Source: Blastocystis sp. Blastoise
Lineage: Eukaryota; Protista; Bigyra: Opalinata
Assembly (NCBI GenBank): GCA_039096225.1
Contig: JBBPEB010000033.1
Location: 806,001 to 870,000, forward strand
Direction: 5' to 3'
DNA length: 64,000 nucleotides
Shown one piece after another: positions 35,335 through 50,677 of this stretch. Position 1 is the stretch's first letter. The number at the start of each line of letters is the position of its first letter. The notes beneath the pieces were generated by a model. It made no database searches. It was not told the DNA's origin and was given only the letters and a program-made list of their open reading frames with translations. The translations under genes and the position numbers were made by a program.

Positions 35335-36910
35335 TTAAGCTCTTCCCCAGACTTCATAATCTTCTACTGTAAAATCATTTCTAGAATTAGCATTAGCAGT
35401 ATTCACAAATAATGAATGTTTTTGAGGAGTATTCACAGTAGTAAATGATTTTGAATTAGTCAATGCATTATTATTAGTAGTATGACAATTATCACCTATA
35501 TATATATCACTGCCACCACCAAATACAGGGCCATAAGAAGAACGACAATATATACCTCTACCTATGCCATTATGTAGATATTGAGTAGGAGGAATACCAT
35601 GTTCATTACTTAATGTAAAGAGAAATTCTTTAGAAGGAGATTTTTCACCTATAGAAAAGAATACGAAATAAACATATTTAAATGATAATATATACAGTTA
35701 CTTGTTCTAGATTCCCAACTTTGATCTGTATATCCTCCAAATATATTAATATGATTATTATGACCTTTATGTTTAATTAAAGTTACTGTTTCTCCTTTAT
35801 TGTCACAATATTTATGGAATTCACTTGCTAAAAATTATGTTCACTTGCTCTATATATATAATGATATAATAAAATAATAATAACATACCTAAATAATAAT
35901 TTCCATTTCTTTGCTTTACCAAGCCAGTTTACTAATGGTTTTGTAAGTTCTTCATCAATAATAGTTGATTGTTTGAACCATCCTGGAATCATTGCTTCTT
36001 TTGTTTCTTCTTTTCCTTTTTCACCAAATAATTCAACCATTTCTTTCTCAAATAATTCTTTATTAATATCAATAAGCTTATCTTCTTCTATATATATATA
36101 TCCATTATTCACATACTCATTAATATATTCAATATATTCATATTTCTTATTCATATATAAACTATCATCTACAGGTCTATAATGAATAAATCCATTATCA
36201 TAATTCTTAACATAAGCATTCCATAATCCATTCTTTACTAAATATTCTTTAATAATATCATTCTTATCGCCATTAATTATCAAAGAAACTTCATCTCCTT
36301 CTTCATATTTCTTCATCTTTCGATCTCTTCGATCTCTACAATCTATTAATTCTAAAGGAATCACTAAACCACAAAATTCAAATAAATTCAATATTTCTAA
36401 TTGTTCTTCATAACTAAAAGAATCAAAATCTACGTTCTTTCCATTCAAATAATCTAATAAATAATAAATAAAAGCATCTTGTCCTTCATAACAAAGAAAA
36501 ATAGTTCCATCATTCGTTCTTTTTTCTTCTTCACGTTGATCATCAATAAAAGAACCTTTTAAAGAATCTAAAACAGATTTCGATATTTGAAATACAGGAC
36601 CATTATTGGTAAATCGTATCAAATCCATATCATTATCATTATTATAATCCATATTCACATTCATATCTTCATTATTCTTATCTTTATTAACACATTTCTT
36701 TTCAAATTCATTTCTTTCACCTTCCTTTTCAATACAATCATCTCCAATATGTTTTATAAGTCTATTTATCGGCATTCCAGAATGTATTCCAAGACTCATT
36801 ACAACTGAGAAAACATTAACTACATCTTTCATCAATTCTTCAAATACATTAATATCCTCCTTCAATCTATTAAATTTATCAATATCAAATAACACCTTTT
36901 CTTTCACCAT
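35335..36910 (-). CDS. BTB-like x2 + TLDc protein, paralogue T4; introns 35850-35888 and 35649-35695; 1-nt deletion at 35830-35834
   Basis: N-terminus nearly identical to T3. The TLDc continues in a shifted frame after RASEHNF and ends VEDYEVWGRA*. Confidence 0.82.
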
Positions 36911-36953
36911 TTTCAACAAATAAAGTAATATATCGAATTAAAAATTTCAAAAA

Positions 36954-36965
36954 ATTTCCCTTTGA
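36954..36965 (-). promoter_or_regulatory. Candidate cis-element TCAAAGGGAAAT upstream of T4
   Basis: The identical 12-mer occurs at 19277-19288 upstream of T1, in otherwise dissimilar flanks. Confidence 0.4.
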
Positions 36966-37050
36966 AAATTTTGTTTTGAGAGTTGTAGTTTTTTACAAAA
37001 GATTTAGATTTTTGTTTAATAACTTACATTTTCATATTATTATAATACAT

Positions 37051-40000
37051 ATGAACTTGTTGCAACGTTATGAATATGAATCTATGGTATTAGATTTCCT
37101 TTCTGTTGCAAATGAAAAATGGTTTAACCTAGAAATAGTAATTTCGTTATTAAACTATATGTATCGAATCATAAACATAGTTTATGAACCAGGAAGCAAA
37201 GAAATATTATAATTTGAATACTTCTGGTATAAGATTTGAGAGAGAAATGAGTCAAACTAAAATATGTGATTATTTTATAAATGAAGGAGATACTTACTAC
37301 ATTTGTAATACATGCAGCATGTCTCCATACCTAGTATTTTGCAAAAAATGTTGGAATGAAGCAAATCATGTTGTATTTTTTTATATTCTTTATGAATAAC
37401 AAATTAGGGTCATGATTATCATGAAGTATTATGTGAGAAAAAAGGATCATATTGTGATTGTGGTCTATTTAATATAAAATATGATGGATATTGCGAGAAT
37501 CATAAAAAAATTCATGACCATTTCATTTCTTCAGAAATGATGGAACCTATGTATATATATAAACTATTATTATCATTATTATACTACTTTTATTTATTAT
37601 TAATCTTTAATTAAATATGATTAGATCATTACAATGGTATGAAACGTATTGTCATTTCTGTATATATGCATTATTTTATTATACAAAAATATCAAATGAT
37701 AAATACCGCTTTTTAGTATGATAATAATTATATTTATGTATATATATACAATATAGAAGGCAATATCAATAATGAATTCATTAATATTATTATGTGAATC
37801 AGATCTATCTATATATACATATATATGTACCTTCTTTTCTTCCTCTATAGAGAAACATAATTCTCTATTTAATAAGAAAATAGTCGACATCGATCGTTCA
37901 TTCTTAACTCTTATTACTATAAAAGATCAAGCACCTTTCACTTTGTTATTACTTATTAACTGTTTTATTTGTGAAGATAAAACATATCAAGTATAGTCTT
38001 CTAAATCAATAATAATCTAATTATATATTATTATATATAGGATATTTGTAGACATTTTTTATGTTTGCTTTTTAAAGATCCATCTTTTCTTAATCTGTTT
38101 TTTACATTATATCCTTTATTCTTATGGTATTCCAGTATAAACTATTTAAATTTTGATAGTATATATATATTTTATTATATTATTACTTTTATAAATTAAG
38201 TATATATGTTTCATTATTTATGTATTTATAGATCAAATGAATCTAACAGAATCGTTTTATTTGAATCAAAGTTATGGTTTTTCAATATTAGCAAGTTATT
38301 TCGATTTTTATGATTTTGATCAATTCAAGAATTCTTCTTTGTTTTCTATTATTCATATTGCTGCTCTTCCTGATTTATATACATATATAAATGATACAAC
38401 TAATTATACTCCTCAACAACAGTATTTTAGACTTATTCAGTATATAATTAATAAAGTTGTGCATGTAGCAGTTAAGAATGCTTGTATATATATTATATTT
38501 AATTATACTATATATTATATGCTATTATATAGTAATTCAAAATAAACCAAGAATATTTATTATAAATATTTTGTTACAGTTGTATTACTGTAATCACAAT
38601 GAATTGATGCCTTATATGTATATTGATAAATACACATTAACTATAGAAAAATCAATTCTTGACACTTTTTTATGTATTCATGTATGTAAATATAATAAAT
38701 ATAATAGATATAATAAATATAATAAATATATAAAACAATACATAATAAATATAATAAATATAGTCCATCCTATCAGGTGATACTGATAATAGAAATAAAC
38801 TACTTTATACTACCCTCATAGAATGTGGTGGATATTATTCTTTATGTGATACACTTAGAAATCTATTCTATTCTATATATAATGATATTAAGGTTTTTAT
38901 TCGTGTATACTATATTATATATATATATTATTATTATTGTATATAGAAATCAACAAAAGAAGAGTTAATTACCTTATTAACAAATGTTATTACAATATAT
39001 AATAAGATATTACTTGGTGATATTCGAAAATGTTATAATCTAAATCAGAATAATGAATATAATATTGTTCAGATTTTTATTGTTATCTTATCTATGATTT
39101 TGTATGTTTTTTAATAATTATTTTTATTCTAATTTATAATCTATATTATTATAATAAAAGTAATTTTGTTAAAAAGATGATACATATATATATATATATA
39201 GATCTGAGATTTATAGTTGTTTTGGTGTTTGTGAATTACCCTTAGAAATTCATTCTACATTATTCTTTATTTATCATATATCATTAAGTCAATTTCTATA
39301 TATATTTCATTTGATCTCTCTTAATGATGATAATGATGATAAAAATAATAATTTAGATCTATTTGCTAGTTCAATTCAATATCATTTTTTAAGTATAGCT
39401 GAATATTATGGTATCTTACTTCAAGTATATTATTTATGTACACATTATTTAAATTTTGTTACTTTATTATTATATTTTAATATAAAAATATCTATAGATT
39501 CTTCCTCTATTTATAAATGAATATGATTCTATGACTTTATTCTTATGGTATATATACAAGGGATATAATTATTTAGAAAAGAAAGAAATCTATAAGGATA
39601 TTAATATGTTATATAATGATATACAAGACTCATATGAGTTATTCTCTGTAGTAGATATACATAATTATATAAATGAAAAATGTCCATTTGTGACATTATA
39701 TGATATTATACATTTATTATTATGTATTCAATATGATCCTTGCTATACTCTTGATAATTATGTATATAAATATATATCTATTTTTCTTTGCTATATTGAA
39801 TATATATATAGTTCATTTCAAAGATCAAATTATCATCATTATTTTTAAATAAACAGTCTCCAAATAAAGAAATATCATTAATTCTGAAAAGAAAATCAAA
39901 TGCTTCTATAGACATACCAAGTGTACCAGATGTAAATTATATATATTCTATTTATTATACTTATTATATTAATAATATTATAGTATTTGCAATACATAAT

Positions 40001-41432
40001 ATATGATTATGTTTTTCAATCTAAATATGATGATCAAACAAAAATGTATCATTATTCATTTATTTATTCGTTTATTTATTTATTTATTATTAACATTGCT
40101 TTCTAGAAGTCATTTGTTGTATGCAATAAAAACAACTGAGAATCAAAATATATATAATATATATCTATTTCAATTGTTGTTCTTTAAACATGATTATTAC
40201 CATGATGTATATATTATATATAATATATAATATATAATATATAGAACTACTTGAATAATAATCCTGATTTGATATATATTCCTTCTTCACATTCAAAACT
40301 AAAGTATATATATATATATTATATTATTTACTTTTTTATACTATATTTAGGACTTATATTGATTCTCCATTCTATTTAACTTATATAACATATTACATAC
40401 AACATATAATGTCTAATGAAAATGAAGAATCTATAAGAATAATGGAACTTTTATATCTTCTTTTCTTTTATATTAAAAGTATATATATATATATATATAT
40501 ATATTCATAAAAATATATTATTATTATTAAATATATATATATATATAGATTCCACTATTGACCCAATAGAATTATCTAAAAATACAATAATAAATGATGT
40601 ATAGATATTTTTTATTAATTTAAATATATATATATATAGTTTTTAGAACATAATATAAGTGAAGGAATCACTATTTATATTCAGCATTTATCAGCTGTCA
40701 TTCAGCTATTAATTCAAACTCATAAAAGTTTCAATAAGTATAAAATCATTAATTCTCTTCTATATATGTAGACTAATAGAAGAATATGATACGACTAATG
40801 CACAAGTAATATATATATATTATATATTATATATATAGAATGATTATATAAAATCTGATCTTATCAAACCCAGTTTCAATACAGGTATGTATATATATAT
40901 AAATATATTTATATATATATATTTAAATATATAGATAATATAATATGTGCTGCATGTATGAAAAGAGGAGGTTTGTTTGTACTTCCAGTATATATAAGTA
41001 ATCAATGTCAACAATGTATATATATATTATTATAATATATAACAAGTATTTATGCATATATATATAGCCGATTCCTATTCATTTCAGTTTATATTAAATA
41101 AATTCATGAATAATTTATGTAAATATTTATTTTAATATATATCAAACATATATATATAGAAAATATATATATGTTCTTTCTCTAGTTAATGATAATCATT
41201 CTCAATATTCCAGTTCATATTCTATTTATAAGAATTTTTGTCGTTGTATTCATAAAAATCCTTTTCAGAAATGGTTTGATTTTAATGTTCATGTAATTAT
41301 TATTAAAAATATTATTATTGAATAAAATGTTATTCTATGTATATACATATATCTAGAGTTGTAATCATCCTATTCATTATACATGCTTTTCAAATATGAA
41401 TTCTTCAGAACCATACTTTCTTGTATATAAAT

Positions 41433-41503
<71 letters not shown>

Positions 41504-44500
41504 AATTGAATAGGAGAAAGCAATTCCATGTTGTAAATGTGGTCAGTTATATACTTTCGTGATACCTATTCTTGATACTAGTAGTATATATGAAATATAA
41601 TAATAGTACTATAATATTATTTATAGTGTTTTATCATAATGTTACTAAAGAAGAAGAAGAAGCTATATATGACAAATACAAGTCTATATATAATGTATTA
41701 TTATTATTTTATTAAATATAATGTTATATGGATATAGAATATTATTAGTTCATCCTCATATTATGATTTAACATGTTCAGTAATTTTTATTATTATTATA
41801 CTTAATATATACATGTATATAATTACATATTATCTAGAATAACCCAAAAGATATAGACATAAGTTTTTATGTAGCTATTTTATCATTTTCTGGAATTTAT
41901 CTTCCAAGAAATAGCAGGCTTTACGTATATAATTTATAAATAGACAATATATATATATGTATAGAAATCAATGATATGTGACTTATTTCCAGAATCTATT
42001 CTTTCTTATGAATATTCTTCTCGATGTATATATATAACTATATGCATAATATTATAAAATTAATAGTTTCATTATTAACAATGAATCAACAATATCAACT
42101 ATTATATACTCGAAACTTCATATTTATTCTTCTCAGAATTCTTTTACATGTATATAACATATTCATAATTATTCATTTACTCTTATTTGAATAATAATTC
42201 TAAACATTCTTCTTTTCCATTAATTTATATATAGTCTGGTTATGTTCCATCACATTGTCTTTCTAATAGCACATTTCCTTATTTTCATGCTTATTCTACA
42301 CAATTATACATTTCGATAAATGGCCTATGTCAAAATGGTACTGAATTGATAGATTCATATATGTGTCAGCATCCTATTAAACACTTAAATAAAGCTTTAG
42401 AATATTCATTTGATATACATTTACGATTAATTGAAGATCTATTAAAGTTTTATTATTTATGGAATGATAAAACATCATATAATAGAGAGAAAGAGAAAGA
42501 GAATATTCAGAGAGATCGAGAAATATTATGTGTTGATGAAAATGAAGTTGCGTTTCAATATATTAATATACCTATAGATGATTATTATAAAGAAGAATAT
42601 CAACAATATATACAAGATATGAAGAATAGTAAAGATATATATTCAGAATATATAAAAAAAATGTCAACAACTCTTCCTTTTCCTATGTTTAATAAAGAAC
42701 ATAAACATTCTATTTTTGATTATGATCAATATGGATATATATTTGAAAGGTATAGATTTCGATATATAAATATACTTCATTGTAGAAATACAATATTACA
42801 ACCTTCAATTAACAATAGAATTCGTACTCCTTATGATGATTTTAATAATATATTTATACCTAATTTAGAAATTAATACTTCTGAAATTGATCAATATAAA
42901 TTAGATCATGATATAAAAGATATAGATATTCAATCAAAGCTAAAAGATACTGAATTTATTTTTATAGAAAACTCTAATAATAATGATTTCTATTTAGATA
43001 TTTTACAACAAATGATGGAAGATCTTTATTTATATTATGAAGATATAATGTGTAACAATAAACAAAGTAATATACGATATATATATTTACTTATAGCAAG
43101 TATATTCAAAAATTTACCTAATTATGATGATTCTATTTATCCACTTGAGATTTCAACTGCATACCCTCGATTATCATTATTATATACAAAACCAATTGGA
43201 TATCATGAAATTATCAAGTATTGTTATGTGATGGAAGACCTATTATTATTTAGACCTTTATTAACTCAAATGACTCAAAATTATATGTCTATTTTTTCAG
43301 AAGAATCATTATTATCGATTATAAATAATAATTCTACAAGTTTCTCTAAACAAGATTCAAATAATAACAATAACAAACTATTACAATGTATTAATATATC
43401 AACTATAATTAAGAAAGACTGTTCTACTTCTATTGATATTACTAGTGATGATTATTATTATTTTATTTATTTCTATTTAATTATTACAATTCATATAGAA
43501 CTTTCAAAATTTACTGTTTTAAATGATCCTGAATATGAATATAATCCTGATTATCCAGTTATTTGGAATCAAAATAAAGAAGTGAATATACAAAAAACGA
43601 ATAATACAACTAATAATATAGATGAAAATAAAAATGAAGAAGGAAAAGAATCAAGTGAAGTAATAAAAGAAAATGAAATGAATTTTGAATCATCGAACTC
43701 ATATAATAATTTTTTTAATCCTTTAAAAGTTATATTCCTTCAGTTGACACCAAAAGTATTTTCAGACATATATAAATTATTATAATACTCGAAAATATCC
43801 ATTTGTTATACAAAATGATTATTCTTCATTTCTAAATTTCCAACAGAATTATATATTAAATCAAACATCTATATATAAATCACATTATAACCTCCCATTA
43901 CATTATTCAACTATAGAAATATCTTCAAAGAGTATTGTTGAATATTTACAATTGTTCTTTGAATTATATGATATTGATACTAGTATAGTAAATATTTATA
44001 ATTTTATAAACCAATTATTCACCCAAAAATTATCATTTAAACAACTTTTATCTTCATATACTATTGATCCATGTATATTTATATATCAATTATATATATA
44101 TATATTAGAATTACATATATATAAATAATTTATTTTATATTATTCATAACATTCTATATAGTATTTGTTGATTATCAATATATATTAATTGGTTTACTTG
44201 CATCATATTCAGAAACTGGTCCGTCTTATATACATCAACTTAATGTATGTTTAATGGGAATAATTACTTGTAACACTATGGTGGTTAATAACAGTACTTT
44301 TGTAAATGATATCAATTCATTTAAGTCTATTAATCAAAATATTGAAAATTATCTAAAAATTAAATTAGAATCTAATCATCCATATTTATCAGATCATGAT
44401 ATAAATCAATTAACACATAATTCGATTATATTTAAACCTAGAAATATAGCCAAGGAATTTATTAGTTATTTATTTTGTCATTTTCCACTTGGAAATAATA

Positions 44501-46086
44501 ATGGTAAGTGATTTATATTTTTTTCTTTCTTATATATATATATATAGAAATGACAATTTTATTATATAAACATTTCAAAGAATTATATCCAGTTATGTAT
44601 AAGAATAATAAATTAATTATTTTACTTCAATTAATGGTACTTATTCTTCACAAAGATTGTTGTAAATATAACTATAAATATATATTTTATCTATATTATT
44701 TTATATATAGTAAAATATTTATTTTATTACTATCAAAAAGCTCTTGAATCTGATATATGTATAGTTTTAATTATAATTCTTATTATTAATATATAATATA
44801 TATAGTCGATTTTCAACGTGAATTAGATGGAAATGGTAACATTGATGAAGATATTTTCACATTCTTTTTAATTGTTAAAGAATGGGAAAGACGTGATGTA
44901 TATGTATATGAAGAGATTCCTTATGAAGAAGAAATAACGAATATGTTATTAGAAAAAGGAGTATTATAGATATTTTATATTAATACTAATAATTATATAT
45001 ATATAGATTACATATACTGTTCAACAATTATCTGTTCCATTTATGAGATCCTTATGTATATATATGTATATATATATATATAATACACATCATTCTGTAA
45101 AAATATTCAAATCTATTTCTCTATATATATTTCTATATATAGATCTATTAAACCTTATTCTTTCTCCTTCTTTTATTCCTTCTTCTGATATTTCCATTCC
45201 TACTTCCTTCTCTTCTTTGTATACATCCATCTCTCTATCTTCTTCTCCTTCTATTTTATCTCTATTAAAAAAGAAACCATGTGATTTTATTACTAAAGAA
45301 GTAATAGATGTACTCAATTTTGATGTATTAAAGTATATAGAATTGTTTAAAAATATATCAAATTTAAACATTCATTTTTTATAGATTATTTGAAATACCT
45401 TACTATTTTTTCATATTAGATTTTGATTTGAGTTTTAAACAATGTGAATTCCCACTTTTAAATAAATTAGTATGTTTTCTTTATAATACTATACTCTATT
45501 TCATATTTATTAATTAGTTTTATTTATCTGAAAAAGAAATGAAAGATCTTTCTAAGAATTGTGTTTGCAATCAATGTAATAAAAAAAATAATCAAATGAT
45601 GTGTATGTGTGTTGCTTGTGGACAAACAGTATATTCTATATAATCATTATTTATAAGTTTTTATATTATTTTTATCATTTTACTAGGTTTGCTATTCATG
45701 TCAGCAAAATAGACAATGTATAAAACAATACTTAAATGATGATACTAATTTTTGTCATTGTTGTGTTTTTATTCAACTATATAGTGGAACTATATATTAT
45801 TTTGGAAGTGAAAAGTGGTATATAATACTTGGAAATCTGTAAGTTGATATATATATATTTTTAATTATAAACTAATTCTTTCTTTTTTATATATAATACA
45901 TTATTTACTATTATTCTTTTTTCTAGATCTGATTTAGCACATTCCTTGTTATTAGAAGATATAGATATAGAAAAAAAGAATGAAAAAGAAATGAAGGAAT
46001 TAGCTATTCAAGAAATTACTTCACTTTTAAATAGAAATGATATTAGTCAACGAAATAAATATCTAAATAAGATGTATGATCTTTAG
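37051..46086 (+). CDS. UBR1/PRT6-like N-degron E3 ubiquitin ligase, highly divergent, many short exons
   Basis: UBR box CDYF..YYICNTC..VFCKKCW..NHV^GHDY..YCDCG..YCENH (37263-37503). Split RING ICAAC (~40945) ... SCNHPIHYTC ... CCKCGQLYTFVIPI (~41357-41570). C-terminal KLFEIP..CNQC..CMCVACGQT^VCYSC. Internal exon boundaries only partly resolved. Confidence 0.82.
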
Positions 46087-46934
46087 TTTGTATAATATAT
46101 AATATATATGTTTTTATTGTAATTGTTATCTAAAAGTTTACTATTCTTATTTTATATTAAATACATTCATTTTTAGTTAATTATTTTACTAAGTTTTTTT
46201 ATCGTTCTTTTTAATAAGCTTTAAATAGAAAAGAATATATTTCCAAAATCAGATGTAATATATATACAAATAACTTAATAATACATATATATCTGATATT
46301 CAATGGCTAGAAATAAATTATATTCTTTTATTATATTTCAAAAATTGGCATATAATAAATTGAATAATTTTCTATCATGTAGAAACGGCTGATTTTGAAT
46401 ATATATGACTATTAATAAAAGTTATATATATTTTAAAGTGTTATAAATATAAATAAAATTTTAAGTAATACCAGAAAAGTCAATTATATAATATAATTTT
46501 TAATTTTTAAACTAAAAGATAAGTCAATAATGATGGTGTATATAATAATTTTATTTTTATTAATAATATTATGCTAGTACAAAGGGAGAGACAGTAGGAA
46601 AAAAACTTTTATTATATTATCAGAGTAGTGTTTTCATATATAGTATGATCGATATTTAAAGATATTATATTTAATTACATGTTAATTAATAAGAAAGAAT
46701 AGTTGCATATTTATTATTAAAAGAATACTCTTTTCTTTGAGAAAGAAACACTTATCAAATCGAAGATAAAATCAAGGTAATGTTAATTGTATTATATTAA
46801 TTATGTAAAAAATAGAATATATAATAAAGAATATATAAGAAAATATTATTATTAATGATAGTAACATATATATATAGAATAAACAAATTTTCTCCAAAAG
46901 AAAAAAATAGATTAATTATAAAAGAATCATCAGA

Positions 46935-47318
46935 TTAAGATTTGAATAATATATCAACATGATTGTTTTGAATAAATAATGAATCCTGTATCTTCTGTTT
47001 ATATGTATCCATTGTTTCTTTTGGAATATCAGTAACTAAGTATAATAATAACATAAATATCTAAATATATACAAATATAACATATGCATTCTTTCAATTG
47101 AGGTATTTGGCCTGATGTAATAAAATTGATAATCTTTGATACATATGTATCGTCACAAAAACCTATAAATATATAATAGAATAATATACTAATGTTAATA
47201 TAAATTATACTAATAATTAAATGTTTTAAATTTGGAATTTTGTGTTGTTCAATACAATCAATAAATATTTCTATTTCATATTTAATTATTGATTTACCTG
47301 TATAATATTTAATAATAA

Positions 47319-47350
<32 letters not shown>

Positions 47351-50300
47351 CTTGACAAAAAAATAGTAATGGTTTCCAAAGATAAATTAGTGTTATTTTT
47401 ACATCGAAGAATAGATTCACTTGGATTATAATATAAAACTTGATAATCACCTGTGTTCTCTAAATAATAATAAATGTAATAAACATGATAAATATGAGTG
47501 TAATTGATATACCTATTAGTTTCATGGATATTGATGATAAAAACTTGTTACTATTCACAGATAAACTTAAAGTATCTGCAAAAGGAGATATCCATCCACG
47601 CTTTTTATGACCTATAAATATATATAGAAATTATGTATATTAAAAAACTAGCCATTAAAAATATATATTAAAAAAGTAAGAATAGATAAAATGGTATTAA
47701 TATATTATATATACTGATTTGAATAGTTTTTAAATGAGGGAAATTATCTCTTGTAAAGAATTCGAGAAATGTTTCGCAAGATATTTTACCAATAGCTATA
47801 ATAGTAAATTATAAGTAGAGAACTGTTGAGAATATATTGATTGTTATAAATGGATATGAATTATATATATACAGATTTCTAAAGAGGTTGCTTTATGGAA
47901 ACAACCATTTTGGATTAATTGAAGAATTATATCTTTATATTCATATCCTATAAAAAGCATATAAGTGCAATAAACATAAATATATTAGAATGATTGTGTA
48001 TCACAGTAAGGAAAAATCAAATAAAAATAACAATATAGTATTAATATATATAAATATATACCTTTTATATTAATTCTTGAAGCCTTGGGGATCACTTTTT
48101 CAAGGATACTTTTGAAAAGTGAGAAATATTCAGGTTTGTTATTACCATCTTTTTTAGGTACTATAGAGAAATAAATAGAGAAATAGATAGTGGTTTGTAA
48201 TAAATACATTCAATAGTTAAATAATCTATATTATTAAATGTTGTATCTTTAAAGAGACTGGCAACATTTCTTAATTCTCGAAGACATATAGGTTTATTAA
48301 CTATAGATATTATAAAAAATATAATAATAAAAACAAAAGTATACAAATAAGACGTAAGTCATCTAGATCTTGTAGGAAATTACTATTAAATAAGCGTTTA
48401 AAAACATCTTTAATATCAAGTTCTATTTGATTATTATTGCCATCGTCATCATCATCATTATCTTCATCATCATCATCATTATAATCATCATAATCATCAT
48501 CATCATAATCATCATAAGTCTCAGATGTGTTCATTTGATTATTATTATTATTAGAATCATTATCACTATCATTATTAATTTTACTATTATCATCATAATG
48601 AGAATCATCATTATTATCCTTCTTAGTTTCATTATTATTAGTATTTATAGTATCACCAATGTCATCGATGGCTCTATTATCATAATAATAATATAAGCTC
48701 CATGGAGCATTATCATGAGAAGCAGAATAATGATCTATACATGGAATTCTTACGAATATAAAAAATGAATACCTGTAAAATGAATTTCAAATTGTTCGAT
48801 CTTTTGATTTTGTTTTTCGAAAGAGTTCCATAAAAAATCAAATAATGGATCATAAGGATCAATAACTAAAAATACAAGTAATAATTAAAGTAGAAAAATA
48901 TTATATAAATCTAATATATATATAGAATACTATCAATAGTGTTTTGTAATGAAATAAGACCTTGTTCATAGAGTTCCTTAAAATGAGGAAAATAATGAAT
49001 ATCATTATCTATATACATTTATTTTTAATTAATAAATACTAGTGTTTATATATATATATATATTTCTAATTCTAAATATTTGAATTATCTTCACATACAT
49101 GATCCAATTATATGTAATGAATGCTTATAAATAAATTCATCTAAAAGATTAGCATCTTCAATTTCATCATAGTCAAGCAAATCTCTTATAACAATAGTAT
49201 CAATCATATCCATTAGTTGTTCTGGAAAATCAGAATCAAAGTTTTCAATAGCTATGTATATTTATTTATATAAACTAGGGTATATATATAATTACAAAAA
49301 CGAATGCTATATTGAATAATATGTAATTTTGGGAAATATTCTTTCTTTATTAACGAGAGTGGGAAAAGAACTATAAATAGATAAATAGATATATATATGC
49401 AATAAACATTATATATATACACTTAAAATTAGTATAATCAATTTTTGTTACATTAGGAAACACATGGTTTGTTATTACTTTTATAAATTGATTATCATCA
49501 AATAACTCATCACACTCTTTGACTATAAAATAGAATTATTTTCTTTAAAACAATATTATTTTTTATATACTGTCTTCTACCTTTAATGTCGTGATTGAAT
49601 CAAAAACTCCATTTTCAAATGCATTCATAATTGATATAGCAAAATTTCTTGTATCCATCATATCTATATATATATACCTTATTATTAATGCATATATATT
49701 CATTTACCTGATATATTCTCTATTATTGAAATAGGATAGCTTCTTGGAAATTGTAATAATTGAGATATACCCAATTCTGTGTTTATTTTCATGTTTCTAT
49801 TATATAATGTTATGTAGCTTTAGTATGAATATTAATTATGATATATTTATATACAATATCAGTTTATCCTTTTCTTCATCTATATAAAATACATAATATA
49901 ACAATTATAATAATTACATACCATCATATCTAAAAAATGCTTTATCTTTAAGTGTATACTCATAAATATTTTCAGATATTTCCACTTTTGAAAAATCATT
50001 TGCATATACTGCTTCATCAAGAGTACATTTATATAACTTAGGTAATTCATTTTGCTGTCTTGATTGTGTATATTTGTTATAAATTCTCTTGGAATAAGAA
50101 GAATTTTTAATTTCTAAAGAAGATTGTTTATTATATTCATTCATTTCAGATTCAGTGTAATATTCACAATTATCATCATTAATTTCTTTTTGAATTAATC
50201 GATGGTAGTAATTAACATACTCCATCATATATTCATCTGTGTTTGGATTCAATAAAGTATCACTTTTTATATAATTTGAAAGAACTATATATTATTGATT

Positions 50301-50636
50301 ATGTATATTATTGATTATGTATATTATTGATTATGTATATATACCACAAACAGTAAAGTATTCATATGATGGGAACATATCCTTAATACATGTTGGATAT
50401 ATATATTCCGAAGGAATATTGGATGCATACTGATCTATATATATATATATATATATAATTTATTATTATTTTTTAATCGATTAAAAACATATATATATAT
50501 ATAATTTATTACTTTTTAAATAGATTAAAAACATATATATATATACACTTAATATAAACTCTAGTTACATTCATCATTTTAAAAAGAAGAGAATAATGTA
50601 ATAATGTTTCTTCTCGTTGAGGTGTCATTAAACCTT

Positions 50637-50677
<41 letters not shown>

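Noticed and set aside
45333-45384. Apparent +1 programmed frameshift at TTA-TAG in the UBR gene
   Set aside because: It is resolved by a normal 52-nt GTATAT...TATAG intron, giving VLKLFEIP.
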